The notes beneath the pieces were generated by a model, which saw only the letters and a program-made list of their open reading frames with translations, had not been told where the DNA came from and did not search any database. Positions 1 to 24,585 of a stretch of DNA of 64,000 bases are shown in pieces. How positions within the stretch are numbered: position 1 is the first letter of the stretch; each line of letters starts with the position of its first letter. Source of the stretch: the human T2T-CHM13v2.0 reference genome, Homo sapiens. Location: NCBI RefSeq assembly GCF_009914755.1, contig NC_060931.1; one strand, 5' to 3'. Position numbers and translations under genes: made by a program.

Positions 1-329
1 CTTTTCTCCCTTTAAATGGTTTTGTCAGTTCCCAGAATATTTGTTTGAATTTTCTTGGTTTTCCAAATGACAGATTTATTACCAAATGCTGATCTCAGTT
101 TGTTAGGATAATCTAATATCGGTCCATGAGTTTTAGGAAATATGCATTTCTTTTATTAGCCAAGTGACAATTTCACGTTTTTAAGTTTTATGTGACATCG
201 TTCTTATTCCTTTATTAACATAGGAATTATTGTGCAAGGAAATCCTCCTACAATGCCTTTAGCTTAATTAAATCCTATTATGACATGCTCTGAATCTAGC
301 CAAATATTTTATAATGTAGAATCAAATGT

Positions 330-2093
<1,764 letters not shown>

Positions 2094-3370
2094 CTATTGT
2101 TGTATTTTTTAAAACTTTTAACTATATTTAAATAATCTCCAGAAAATATGTGATAAATACCGCATCACCTTTTCATCTTTTTCTAATTAGATCAAAGTCT
2201 GATCTTTGTAAGGTTTTATTCCATTGAATCAATCCTTTTTTAATATCCTGAAATCTATACTAGGATTATAATTCTATCATAGGCTCTTTCTGTCTAATAG
2301 GTCAGAGCTTTACGGGAATATAATAAAAAAGTCATACTTTGTAGGAGATGAGATGAAATAATACCCATAGCAGATAAGTAGTTAACTTCAAACCTACTTT
2401 CGTACCTCATTGCATGGTACATAGTAGACATAAACTAAATGTTTGAGAGAAATCTCTCCATAGATGAATGGATAAATAGTAAAAAAAAACAGAAGAAAAG
2501 ATGGATTATCATTCCAGATAACTTTTTAGTATTTTCTTCTTAAGAAATCATGTTTTCTGTAAACTTGTAAATATAGGTGACTCTTTTTATAGGATGGCTG
2601 TCTGTGGTTGCAGACCATAAATCTTAAAGAAAATGTGGAATCTGAAAAATTGAGAAAAATCATCTTAGAACTGTGTGGTTGAATGAAATGACTTGAAAGG
2701 TGTATTAACTATTTAGAAGCTATGCTGTGAGAAGTAAAAATAAGTCCCCACTTACTACTTTTCTGACAATTTAATCGGTAAAAGTTTTGTTTAAATGTTC
2801 TGTGTTCCAGTATTATTTCTGTAGAAATTTTAGTTTGATATACTAGTTGGTTGTTTAAGACTTTAAAATGAATAGTGTTTTTTAGAGATATTTATAACTA
2901 CAGTGACTTCCTGGAGTGAGAGATCTAAAGAGAAAATTTATTCTGTAAGCCTGTATCATATTGACTGAGGATTTAGAGGTACCTTAATAAGCAAACATCT
3001 GTTAAGTTGTGCAGTGTGCCTTTTTATCTTGTGTGTAAAGGACACCGTTACAAGTACTGTCAACACCAGTATTTCAGTTCTAGAATGATTAAGTAATAGC
3101 AATAACAGTTTGTATTATCGTCCTTTTATTGTGTTTGTATAGTACATTTTAGATGTGATAATGAATTCTGGATTTTTTTTCCTAAAATATAATTTTTTTA
3201 TTTTTAAAGCACCCTGATTTATAATTTATTTTCTTCTGCAGCTGATAATATTCTTAAATATTAGATAATTTGTTTCTTAATGTTTTTGTAGCATTTCATA
3301 AAGCTGTTATATGGAAAATAACAGTACGCAAGATAACTTTAGAAAGTTCTGTTTAAAACAAGAGAACACA

Positions 3371-3627
3371 GGCTAGGCGCCGTGGCTCATTTCATGCCTA
3401 TAATCCCAGCTCTTTGGGATGCCAGGGCAGGAGAATTGCTTGAGACCAGGAGTTTGAGACCTGCCAGGGCGACAAAGCGAGACCCCATCTATACAAAACA
3501 ATTTTTTTTTAATTACCTGGGTATGGTAGCACGTGCCTGTAGTCCTAGCTACTTGGGAGGCTGAGATGGAAGGATTGTTTGAGCCCAGGAGTTCAAGGCT
3601 GCAGAGGTATGATCATGCCACTGCATT
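3371..3627 (+). mobile_element. AluJ-like element
   Basis: ggctaggcgccgtggctca...gagcccaggagttcaaggctgcag. Confidence 0.88.
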
Positions 3628-4580
3628 AGATTATTTAATTCCTAAAATTCTTTTCCATTTCAAAAGTTGGTGATTGCTTCAGCAAGTTGTATACATGACA
3701 AATGTGGACTCAAAAATTATAGGTAATAAAAGAGAGTCAGAAGATGTGGGTGTGTAGGAGACATTAACTAGGAAATCCAAGAACATTGTGAAGTCCAGTG
3801 ACCAGGAGGTTTTGTACATGCTGTTTAGGTAGTGGCTCTTTATCGAATTGCAGTTCTGCATTGTCACATTGATTCCTTTCATCAGAGGAAACTCAGTATG
3901 TTCTGAAAGCTAATCTCTCCCAGAAGCTCTCTTTTGGTTCTTCCTGTTAATGGCTTCATCCTGCTCTTACTCACCCAGAATGAGGAATCCTTCATGAAAC
4001 CTTTACTTTCTCACATGTAGTGTTTGCCTAAAATGTCCTTACTATCTCTTCTCTTTACCCTTCCACCTGTTTTCCTTCTTCCAATCCTCATTCATTTTTT
4101 GTCAAAATCTTACCAATCCCTCAATGCCATTCTGCATTTTACCTTAATATTGTCAACTTACTTTTTCTCAATTATATTCTTAATATTCTCAACTATAGCT
4201 TTTTTTTCTGATTTCATAGCTTCATAGTACTGATTATGCCACTTTGGGGCTGTAGTATTACCCTTCTACTTTTTTTCTGGGGATTTTACCAGACTACATT
4301 TTGAAGTTAAAGATAATACCATGTCCTTCTTACATTTTAGTATCCTCTGCTTTGCTGACTTTATTCAGTGCATTTCACTAGATGTCCACATTGCCTTACC
4401 TGCAGTTCCAAAATCCAAAGAAAACATAGTTTTGTTTTGTTTTTGTGAATTCAATATTACACTCACTTGGCAACAAAATATTTCATTGACATGACATGAG
4501 TTTATGTGTGCTACAAAAGAAAAATGCTGTTTTGTATGTTAGAAACAGTTCAAAAGGAGTTTCATATTGTTTGCCTTTAA

Positions 4581-4993
<413 letters not shown>

Positions 4994-6390
4994 TAGGGGG
5001 TACCTTTTTGATGCAGAGTCTCTAAATTCTGGTGGTACCTGAGGATCTGAAACTTTGGCGACCAAAAGTCCTGATTTGCGTGAGGCACACCAGTTCACAC
5101 TAGTTGTCTAGGTTTAATAATTAATAATGCTTCTTTTTCATTCTCAAAAGAGCCCTGATTTAGACAATAAATTATATGGTCACCCTACCTATAGCCAGAT
5201 ATTTCTGCACCAAATGCCTCGATTTTGGTGGGTGGCTTTAATTAAGGAAGAATGCTTTAAGTTTTATGACATAACTCTGTTGTTCTTGTCAGGAAGTGAT
5301 ATGTATAAAACTATTAATTCATCAGATTATATATAAGGAGATAGGGTGCACTTAAAATTGCTAGGAAGTTGAGATCTCTAGTTGTTTAGTTGGAAGTAAT
5401 TGAAGTAACAGTTGGACAAGCTGTCATGATGGACATAGTAGAAGTGCCTTTTAATTAAAAACAATGATAACAAAACAAAATGCAGCTACGGTTTCAGAGT
5501 TCCTTAGTTGATAGTATGTGTAACGATGGCTGTTGTCTAAAATTATCTGAGATGTTGGCAAGGGTGAAAATCATTCCTCTCTTCTGGACATAACATACCC
5601 TAGAATTAAAATACCCTAGCTAGATAAATATGAGATATGTTGACAGTGAAACTAATTCAAGGCCGTATTTTCATTTCACCGCTCCCCTATTCACAGTCCT
5701 AAACCTAAGGTTCTTATACCTGTATTGACTCTGAAACATCAATGTTAATGATGTTATTGGTCCTTGTGACCAGCAAGAACCAAGGATATTCTGGGGATGG
5801 GCTCTGTCTGCCTTTTTGAGGTCCATTTGGGTAGCCAGTGATATAGGAGCTATATTCCCTAATGGATTAGAGCACTCCACATAGTGACAGAGTGAGAGTG
5901 AGGCAAGAAATGGTTAAAATGAATCCTAGGACCACCAGTTTAAAAGTACTAGGTAGTAATGGGGAGTCATAAAAAGATACTCCATTACTTGGTAAATGGT
6001 ATAAGCCTTATTTGTTGGCTTTTTTTTTGTCTCTGCATATATTAAGTTCCTAGTGGTAGTGATGGCGGGGCGGGGGGATACTACGTTCTTTAATCCACAT
6101 TATCTTGGGGAATCTGTTTTTTTACGGTAGCATTTGAGATGTGTTGAAATGCTGCTGTACACCTTGATCTTTCCAGTAACTGTGATGCGCTGTTTTTTTG
6201 ATACAATCTCTCCATTGAAGTCTGGTCCTTCAGGCTAAAATATAGAGCCAGAATATAAGACTTTTTTTTTTTAACTTGGCAAAATTGGCATTGTTTAAGG
6301 ATTGAAAAGCACAGAAACAATTTAGTTGAAACATGAAGAGGAAAAATTATTTTTCTCTTAACCTTAGTGAAGTATTTTTTCCCTTGGCAG

Positions 6391-6476
6391 AATGAAATTA
6401 ACACTGAAAACATGATCAGCTCCATAGAGCCTGAAAAACAAGATTCTCCTCCTCCAAAACCACCAAGGACCCGCAG
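6391..6476 (+). CDS. PTPN12: PTPN12 exon 12 (86 nt; NEINTENMISSIEPEKQDSPPPKPPRTR-S), with the P1 proline motif PPKPPR that binds the p130Cas SH3 domain
   Basis: Acceptor tttttcccttggcag| and donor CAG|gtattg. The translation matches PTP-PEST residues 314-341, and the phase-2 end joins exon 13 (AG+T = Ser). Confidence 0.96.
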
Positions 6477-8578
6477 GTATTGTATGTCTTCGAACATTTT
6501 CTTTAAAAGCATACTTGTTTCTACTCACTGTTAATTAAAATGACAAATTCTGAATATTTCTAAATTACTTTTATAACTTTTATTATTATTTTGTTAGGAT
6601 GTAACATACGTATGACAACTGATTTGTTACTGGTTTATTAAAAATTTGGTTTCATTTTGGATAAAATTTCAATAATATACTGTAGCAGAATGTGGATACT
6701 ACCATGAATTGACTATGGTTTATGTTTTGATATGTGATATAACTAAAATTTTAGTTATTCTAAAGATTCCCATTTTTTTCCTGATGACTAAATATGCTTG
6801 CCAAAAATTGCATGCATGTTGAAGTGTGAGGATATTTAATAACGTTACTAGCAAAGATGAGTTTATTTCTTTAATTTTTCTTGCTTTTCTACCAAGCTCA
6901 TTTATAATAGTTAAAATCATATATATTCATATCTTTCTTTTCCTTCCCTTCTTGTTCAGGGTAGCTGCTTAGTCAGTAACATGGTAGTATGGAGAGAATA
7001 CAGAGGCAGAAGAAGATAGTTTCAACTCCTTTTTAGCCATTTAGCTCTGGGATCTAGGATTAATTTACTTAATCCTGGGGAGAAGGAGTTGTTTAAATAT
7101 TGTCCTAAGGATTAAATAAAAAACTATTAGAATATTTTATAGTGTCTTTCTTGCACATAGATCTGCCAAAACTGATCGACTTCCCATCAAAATAAATTCT
7201 TTTATACAGGATACACCAATTGTTTCCATCTTAAAACTTTGGGGAAAGTTGGGTCAGACGGCCAGGGTCATGTCTTAGCATTGAGTTGCTAATTCCAAGA
7301 GATCATTCTAACGAAATCATCTCTCTGAACAAAAGAAAAAGCCTGCAGCTTCCCTCAGTAACTGAAGGTTTGGTTAGAATCCCTGCACACCACAGGAATA
7401 ATTTATTCTCATTTTGACCATGCAAGATTCTAACTGCCTGGGAAGGAAGCTGCTGAGTACAGAAAGAGGCAGTGTACTCTGGTATAAAGAGGCTTTTTAC
7501 ATAAATAGGTCCCATTCCAAATTTTAACTTTAGCATTTGCCACTGAATGAACTTTGACAAGCCACTTCTCTGAAAATACTTTACTTCATTGTAGTGAGAG
7601 TACTCGTATTCTCCGTTTTTAAAAATTAGTGATAATGTATATAAAGCATGTAGTTACATGCCCGGCCTATAGTAACAGATTTTTTAAGTGTGGTGGTAGT
7701 TATAGTCTCTAGAATACCTTTGCATACTTCTCTTAGGAACCTCAGGAAGCCTATATATAGATGAGGTTAGGTCTCAACATTTAAATGTTCGAGATGTTAA
7801 CTGTGTGCTATCAGAACTTTTAGTAGTTCTTTCCTGTTCGATTTCCACTTTGGTATCCACCAAAACTGGTTGGCATTTTAGCCGTCTGTGGAAGGTAACC
7901 AGTTGAAACCTATAAAATATTAAGTTCTCTAACTTCTCTGTTCCATATAGGAGCCCTAGAATCCTAAAAGAAACTACTGGCCCTAAAAAAATTAAGGAAC
8001 ATTTTTGCTGCCCTGTGTTTTAATTTGGTTTTTGAGATTGAGCCAATATAGAGGTTTTCAAAGTCTACACTGATATTTATGATTTGTATGTTCTTCTACC
8101 TCTAACTACATGTAGCAGCAGTCTCTTCTTAATTTTACAGGAAAAAAGAATAGAATATCTGAATTTAAAGCCTTTTTCCTATACCTGTTGAAAAGTTTTA
8201 CTTCTGTTACTCTCTAATAAACAAAAAGATAATAAAGAAAAAAGCAAATGCATATTAAGAAAAAATATTCAACTCAAGACAGATTTTTATTAGGCATACA
8301 TTCTAAAAGTTCTTTGTGTGTGATTTTATAATACATGCATAGGTCACCTTTTTTCTTCTTCATGTAATGGAGTCAAATGCCAGAATGTCATTATTTTTGA
8401 CAAAGAGAACCTTGTGACTTCTAAGTTGGGATGATTTTTAGAACTATTATAAATTGTTCCAACATAACTGAAAATAAAATCACAAAATCATAAGATTGAT
8501 AACAAGTAAAATAGTATATTTTGTTTTTCAGTATGGCTACAGTAAACACATTAATTGTTTGTTTAAAGTACATGATGG

Positions 8579-8960
<382 letters not shown>

Positions 8961-9034
8961 CCATATATATATATATATATAAAAATATGTGTTGTGTGTA
9001 TATTTCATTTTTATTTATTTATTTATTTATTTAC

Positions 9035-9831
<797 letters not shown>

Positions 9832-9874
9832 TACATGTCTTTCAGTAATTTTTAATATTCCAATTCTTTCTGTT

Positions 9875-10703
<829 letters not shown>

Positions 10704-11338
10704 TTAAAATACTATAAATTTAAAAATTAAGCAGAAGTTTGGAAAATAAGGAACTCCATTTTCCAATAAAATTTCCAAAATAAAGAAATTCATTCATTTC
10801 AAGAAAATGAATGGATAAAGAAAAAGTAGGAGAGAAAAGATAAGGAAATTAGAAAGCAAAACTAGAAGATCTGTCACTGAACTAATAATAGTCTAAAAGG
10901 AGAGTAGGGAAGAAGAAATTAGCAAAAAAAAAAAAGAAGAAAAAATGTGTTAGAATTAAAGGGCATAAATTTTTATATAGAGCGTATACACCAAGCTTGA
11001 TATACACCACCAAATGTGATGGATAAAAATAAAATTGTTAAAAAATATAGTTTTTTAAGTTACATTATGAAATTATAGAACATCCAACATAAGAACCTTG
11101 CTTAGGTTTAGAGTAAGATAAAAATAATGCTGAAATTTGGAGTAAGTTTTTTTAAATTAAAAACTTTGAAAATACTCGATTAACAAACCCATATATCATA
11201 CTCGATATCTGTCAAGCACTGTTCTAATTGTTGTTCAGATGTTAACTCATTTAATTCTCCTAACTACCCTGTGAAAAAGGTACTGTTAAGGATATATGGG
11301 GTTTGTTAATCAAGTAAATCTGTAAAATACTGGTCATG

Positions 11339-13806
<2,468 letters not shown>

Positions 13807-14631
13807 TAAGGAAAAAAATAAAGGCAACTAGAGGGTATAACCCACCCGAACAAAGGAGTATACCCAGAAAGAGGAAAATGAGACCTGGGAAACAGGAGAA
13901 TCTGAAACCAGAGAGAACATTAGCTCTGTGATGGACTAGGGAACCAGTAGTCCACACTGGAGCAGGAGGCCAAAAGTTACTAACAAGGATGTCTGTGGTA
14001 TTGATACTTACTATGTGTGCTTGTCATTATTGAGAGGAGGTATACCAATCTGCAAGAAAGTTAGAAGAAAAGCTGAGTAACTGATGATGCATAGAGAGCT
14101 AAGCCATCAGAAATCCAAGGCAGTCATTAGGGGAAAACAAGACACTATAGAAGAAAAGATACGAAATCATGGTGTCATAGATGGGAATACTATCTGCAGT
14201 CATACGACTGAGGTAATGAAAAATTACAATATAACAGTATTGGAAAGATAGAGAAGGACACTTCCACAGTAGGAAGTCAGTAGAAAATGTGTGAAACAAA
14301 GATCAAGAAATAACTTTTGAAATAGTCTGAAATACAGAGGTGTAAATTTTAGAAGCAGCTATAAAAAAATGTTGAAAGTTGATGCCTCTGGCTAACAGGA
14401 GGGCTGCGGGGCAGAGACTATGTTTTTCATTAAAAGTCTTGTATTTGACTTTTTAAACAGTATATGTGTATTAACTTGATGAACATTAAATTTTCTTAGT
14501 CTGAAAAACTGCAGTTTTTATTCGCAACCAGATTGTAATGGCTCTTAATACGCTACTCTTAGCTACATAATTCTCAGGTATCAACTTGTTTAACAGTCTT
14601 AAAATGCCCTTTTTAAATGTTTGTTTTTCAG

Positions 14632-15602
14632 TTGCCTTGTTGAAGGGGATGCTAAAGAAGAAATACTGCAGCCACCGGAACCTCATCCAGTGCCACCCAT
14701 CTTGACACCTTCTCCCCCTTCAGCTTTTCCAACAGTCACTACTGTGTGGCAGGACAATGATAGATACCATCCAAAGCCAGTGTTGCATATGGTTTCATCA
14801 GAACAACATTCAGCAGACCTCAACAGAAACTATAGTAAATCAACAGAACTTCCAGGGAAAAATGAATCAACAATTGAACAGATAGATAAAAAATTGGAAC
14901 GAAATTTAAGTTTTGAGATTAAGAAGGTCCCTCTCCAAGAGGGACCAAAAAGTTTTGATGGGAACACACTTTTGAATAGGGGACATGCAATTAAAATTAA
15001 ATCTGCTTCACCTTGTATAGCTGATAAAATCTCTAAGCCACAGGAATTAAGTTCAGATCTAAATGTCGGTGATACTTCCCAGAATTCTTGTGTGGACTGC
15101 AGTGTAACACAATCAAACAAAGTTTCAGTTACTCCACCAGAAGAATCCCAGAATTCAGACACACCTCCAAGGCCAGACCGCTTGCCTCTTGATGAGAAAG
15201 GACATGTAACGTGGTCATTTCATGGACCTGAAAATGCCATACCCATACCTGATTTATCTGAAGGCAATTCCTCAGATATCAACTATCAAACTAGGAAAAC
15301 TGTGAGTTTAACACCAAGTCCTACAACACAAGTTGAAACACCTGATCTTGTGGATCATGATAACACTTCACCACTCTTCAGAACACCCCTCAGTTTTACT
15401 AATCCACTTCACTCTGATGACTCAGACTCAGATGAAAGAAACTCTGATGGTGCTGTGACCCAGAATAAAACTAATATTTCAACAGCAAGTGCCACAGTTT
15501 CTGCTGCCACTAGTACTGAAAGCATTTCTACTAGGAAAGTATTGCCAATGTCCATTGCTAGACATAATATAGCAGGAACAACACATTCAGGTGCTGAAAA
15601 AG
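14632..15602 (+). CDS. PTPN12: PTPN12 exon 13 (971 nt; CLVEGDAKEE...THSGAEK), PEST/Pro-rich region with the paxillin-binding P2 motif, S435, S571 and the NPLH Shc-PTB motif (15401-15412)
   Basis: Track ORF 14621..15628 is recognisable PTP-PEST sequence. Acceptor ttgtttttcag| and donor AAG|gtaata. Confidence 0.98.
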
Positions 15603-16489
15603 GTAATAATATAGTGTCAAATACTTAAATGTCTTTCCTATGTGCTAGTCACTGTTTTAAGCACTTTAGCTGTATTGATTTATTATGTTTTATTCCACAC
15701 TCTACCATAGAACCTACAGCAAAATCTGTCTTAGATACTAATTTTTTAATATAAGCTTTTAATGTATTGTTAACAATTTGGTCACATTATATTACTGGGT
15801 TTTGTGTTTCTAAATTATTTTAGTAGTTATAACTGGATAACTTATTTTCTTTTTCTTCTGTATTATAGATCTTAGTGTTTTTGTATCGGTCAAAAATTTA
15901 TCTGACTGAATAATTAGAAATAATTTAGGGAAGAATCACTTAAAATAACAGTGGCAAAAATACTGTAGAATGTCTTGATTGGCCATATAATGTTACTCGT
16001 TTTTCCTAAATGTTTAGTCATTTTTTACTGTTCCTTTAACTACAGATTACATTTTTTTGTTTGTTTGTTTTTACTGTCTTCACAAATGCTTCCAAATATG
16101 GCTGCTTCCAACCCTGAGTTTAACCCAGGAACAATACTGCAAACTGCTCAATTCAGTAGTGAGTGGGCTATATGCATACCTACTCATCAAAGCTATTATT
16201 TAAAGAATTATTATTTTTTTAGCACTCTTAGCATTTCAAGATAATGCATGCACTCAGTTCCCAAAGTGTATTATTGCTTCTTGAAACTCCTCTTTGATCT
16301 GCTGAAAGTAATGATGGCTACCATCTTAAACAGACCCTAAGGTTGAGAGTAAACATATAAATTTGAAAGCTGTTTATTGATATATTGATTATCAGTGGTC
16401 ACTTACCTATCAGTGAACTTTGGTAGTGACACATACAGACTGGTATTTATAACGTGCAGGCAAAATAAGTACTGTGACCTTGAAAGATT

Positions 16490-17893
<1,404 letters not shown>

Positions 17894-18255
17894 CTATAGC
17901 TAAAAGCACCCTACTATGTGCCAGCTCATTTCTGTTTGTTTGGTTTTGTATTTCAAAGCAAAAATCACTATACATGTGATTTCTGGTTTCTTTTTACTCA
18001 ACCTTAACTATGTTATTGGTTTGATTTTAACCGAAGATTTTCCTGTGTGTAAATGTTCTTTGTTGCAGCATAACTACAAGTAGTCTCATTTTTAATGTGT
18101 TGCCAAATATTTACCATATGGATTATTTACTTTATAGATTGTTTATTTACCTTATAGATTATTATTTCCTTTGTAGATCATTATCTTATAGAGCCATTGG
18201 CACCAGAATTAGAGTTTTGGGGGGTTTTTTGGTCCTAGAACTTGTTAGTGAATTA

Positions 18256-18586
18256 CAGTCACACATTTCTTAATGGCAGGGATATGTTCTAAGAAAAATA
18301 TGTCATTAGGCAGTTTTGCCATTGTGTGAATGTCATAGAATGTATTTACACAAACCTAGATGGTATAGTATATACTACACATCTGGGCCATACAATGTAA
18401 CCTCTTGCTCCTAGGCTACAAACTTGTATAGCATATTACCATACTGAACAATTGTAACACAATGGTAAGTATTTGTGTATCTAAACATAGAAAAGGTACA
18501 GTAAAAATATGGTATCATAATCTTACAGGACCGCTGTTGTTTATGCGGTCTTGTTGATGAAAACATCATTATGTAGTGCATGACTA
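18256..18586 (+). mobile_element. Tigger3a/MER7A non-autonomous DNA transposon, apparently full length
   Basis: TA|cagtca...catgacta|TA termini; internal tacacaaacctagatggtatag and ctaaacatagaaaaggtacagtaaaaata. Confidence 0.85.
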
Positions 18587-20275
18587 TAATGGAATACTTT
18601 TGTATTGATACCTAAAAAAAACTTTTGCATAAGTTACTGCCTGACAAAAATTCTTAGCTATCAATTCTAATTTCAGTCTTGACTTAGGCCTCCTGAAAGA
18701 TTTCTCAGATTCAACTACAGAAGGCCCCATACAGTGTATGATTTGCAAAAGCCTATATAAAATACGCAATATCTGGTTGGATAACCTCTAAAACAAAAGT
18801 TTTTAACAGGAAAGGCAGCCCAAAGTTCCAGGGAGAAACATGCATTTGCAAAGCAAGGGCCACGCTTAGAAAATAAAAGTTTTTAAGGGTGAGAACTGCC
18901 ATGAGAGAAAAAGCACAGAGTTTCTGGAAGATAACTGATAGAAAAAGGGCTGAACTGCCCTTTTTGTTTTGTTCATTTAATTTAAGAAATGGTACCAGAA
19001 TGCCAAGATTATGTGTCCCTTCCTTCCAACAGCCATCTCTTCACTGTGCGCTGTTAGTAGCAAGAGGGCAAGGAGACATATGGTGATGACTCAGACTACC
19101 ACTACTGGATAAGGTAGATAGTTCTTTAGTGGCAAGAGAGAGTTCTGGTACTCTTGGTAGATGTATCAAGTATTGGACTGGAACTCCTCTTTCAGGAGGA
19201 CCCAGAAGCTGTATTTTCTTGCGTCTCCAGCTAAATAAATGTAGGTGGGGCAAAAGCAATCATACTCACCTCATGCGTGTTGAAAATTGACAAGACCTAT
19301 GCATAGCCATCAGGTGTGGTAAAATAGCAGAGTATCATGGCAGAACTGTGTGTTCATTTAAGAACAATGGGCAAGGCTCAAGACAAAATAATACAGGACC
19401 GTCGCATTTCTTTTTCTTTATCCCACCCTCCCCAACCTGAGAGTTCACACACAGGATTGTATTCTTATATTTTCTTTCTATTCCTCCAGTGAAAACTCAA
19501 AGATCAAATACACTCATTTACCTTAAGCCATAATAAAGCTAACCAATGAGGCTTACTTAATGCACTCTCTTTCCCAAGAGCTAATTTTGTTTTTACTAGT
19601 GAAAAACCTGTATATAGCTTCAGTCAGCATTCTCAAAGTACAGCCATGTGCCACTGTACACAAAATCTTTAGCAATAAATAAATGAAGATTTTTTAAAAA
19701 ACTTTAATAGCTATATCTTTATCTGTTTTGGAAAAATAACTAGTATTTCCAATGTTATTTCAGTTATTGCTGTTTAAGACATGACTGAGGTACACAGTTA
19801 AGTTTAAAATGAGTCAGATTTTAAAAGTGAATAGGACACATGTTACATAGTATGGCAAAAATCATGAAAGGTGTTAAGCAATTGAATCCTGTTTGGGAAA
19901 CACTGGCTTAGGCGTTTCATAACGCAAATGACCAAAGCTTTCCTTTTTGGACACAAAACATCATCAGTAAGCTCAGTAGAGAAGTCACTTGCCAGCTGAC
20001 TTCTCTACTGAAGATTCCCTTCAGGCTTGGAGAACTGAATGATGTCTGTAGAGTGACAGGAAAGTCATGGGAGAGAGTCATTTCTGTATACATTATCTTT
20101 GCTCAATAAGCATCATAATTCTTGATAATGAGTGGAAAAGGTTTCTTGCATTTTTTTGCATTTTTAAAAACTGATCTAGATATTTGTGACAGGAATTTTT
20201 AGAATGTCAAGAAAGCTCTCTGATTTTGTTTAGATGACATGTTAATTTGTCTAAATTTTTATGTGTTTAATTTAG

Positions 20276-20353
20276 ATGTTGATGTTAGTGAAGATTCACC
20301 TCCTCCCCTACCTGAAAGAACTCCTGAATCGTTTGTGTTAGCAAGTGAACATA
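20276..20353 (+). CDS. PTPN12: PTPN12 exon 14 (78 nt; DVDVSEDSPPPLPERTPESFVLASEH), Csk SH3-binding motif
   Basis: Acceptor tttaatttag| and donor ATA|gtgagt. In frame with exon 13 (G+AT = Asp). Confidence 0.96.
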
Positions 20354-20601
20354 GTGAGTGTCTCTTTTGCTTTTACATTTACTTCATATTCTAATAATAA
20401 ACTCCGAAAAACATACCTGATTTTAATCTATTAGCTATTGTGCTACATAATTAAATTCAAAAACAAGTAAATTGATGTTGACATGCTTTTAATTCTTTGT
20501 TTGAAAAATGCTTTTAAATTATATTTTTTACTTGCTAAGATCGATAGAAATTACTGCATTTATGTTAGATATCAGAATTCAATTCATTTAAATGTAATTA
20601 T

Positions 20602-23350
<2,749 letters not shown>

Positions 23351-23711
23351 AATTAAAAAGAATGTTGAAAGCAATGAAACGGTATACTTCAGTTGTCTAA
23401 GTCTGTCACGTTGTCTGTAGATTAAGCAGTATACTTCACTTGTCTGTCACATTATCTATAGACTGTAATACACTGATGACTGAATTTATTTACTTAGGTT
23501 TTGAAGGAAGGAAACAGAATGTTCTCGAATTAATAGAAACTACAATTTTTTTTTTTTAGAAACTTCAGAAATATGCTTACCCAGAAACTACAAAATTTTT
23601 GTGGAAGCGATAGTTTCTAAAATCTTTAGGATCTGTTTTTTGTATTACTTTAATGCAAAGAAATTTCAGAAATTCAAGGTGTTAATAACAATAAGATTTC
23701 ATTTTTCTCAG

Positions 23712-23779
23712 ATACACCTGTAAGATCGGAATGGAGTGAACTTCAAAGTCAGGAACGATCTGAACAAAAAAAGTCTGAA
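23712..23779 (+). CDS. PTPN12: PTPN12 exon 15 (68 nt; NTPVRSEWSELQSQERSEQKKSE)
   Basis: Acceptor atttttctcag| and donor GAA|gtaagt. Frame continuous. Confidence 0.96.
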
Positions 23780-24229
23780 GTAAGTCCTTTTGGAATTGGA
23801 ACAGTTATAGCTTAACATTTCTACTCTTTTGTTAACTAATCTTGCAGTTGTTGAAATAGCTGTCATCTTAAGATCGTTAAATATAGTTTGTAATTTTTGA
23901 TCGGCATTTCTTATACTAAGATTTCAGATGAAAAGCCCATATAAAAGGTAGGTTCTGAAATTTTTTAAAAGGGTAACCTGATCTACATACAACTATCACT
24001 TTAAAGTATTGTTTTCTCAAGCTGTTTTTGAAATATGTAAATTATGCTTCAAATAATTTTGAAGGTATGAATGAAATAGGAGTTACTATTTTCAGGGTCC
24101 TAATTCTTTCTTACATTTCTAGATGCTTCCCATTATAACACTAGGCACATAGTCGCTTCTTTTGTTTTTTTCTGGCTACCTGGCATTTCTTTGACATTCG
24201 AGAAATGTTTTGGCAATTAAATATTTTGA

Positions 24230-24585
<356 letters not shown>

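Noticed and set aside
6063-6078. GC-box (ggcggggcggggggg) upstream of exon 12 as an internal promoter
   Set aside because: It is an isolated motif with no CpG island or other promoter evidence.
14830-15162. 110-aa antisense ORF overlapping exon 13
   Set aside because: A shadow ORF of the coding strand with a non-ATG start and no supporting signals.
14621-15628. 335-aa ORF as a stand-alone gene or truncated isoform ending GNNIVSNT
   Set aside because: It is exon 13 read into its flanking introns. I saw no canonical poly(A) signal shortly after the intronic stop.
18942-18970. Hairpin AAAAAGGGC-TGAACT-GCCCTTTTT followed by a T-tract, resembling a rho-independent terminator
   Set aside because: It lies in a human intron, where bacterial terminators are irrelevant, and a 9-bp stem is expected by chance.
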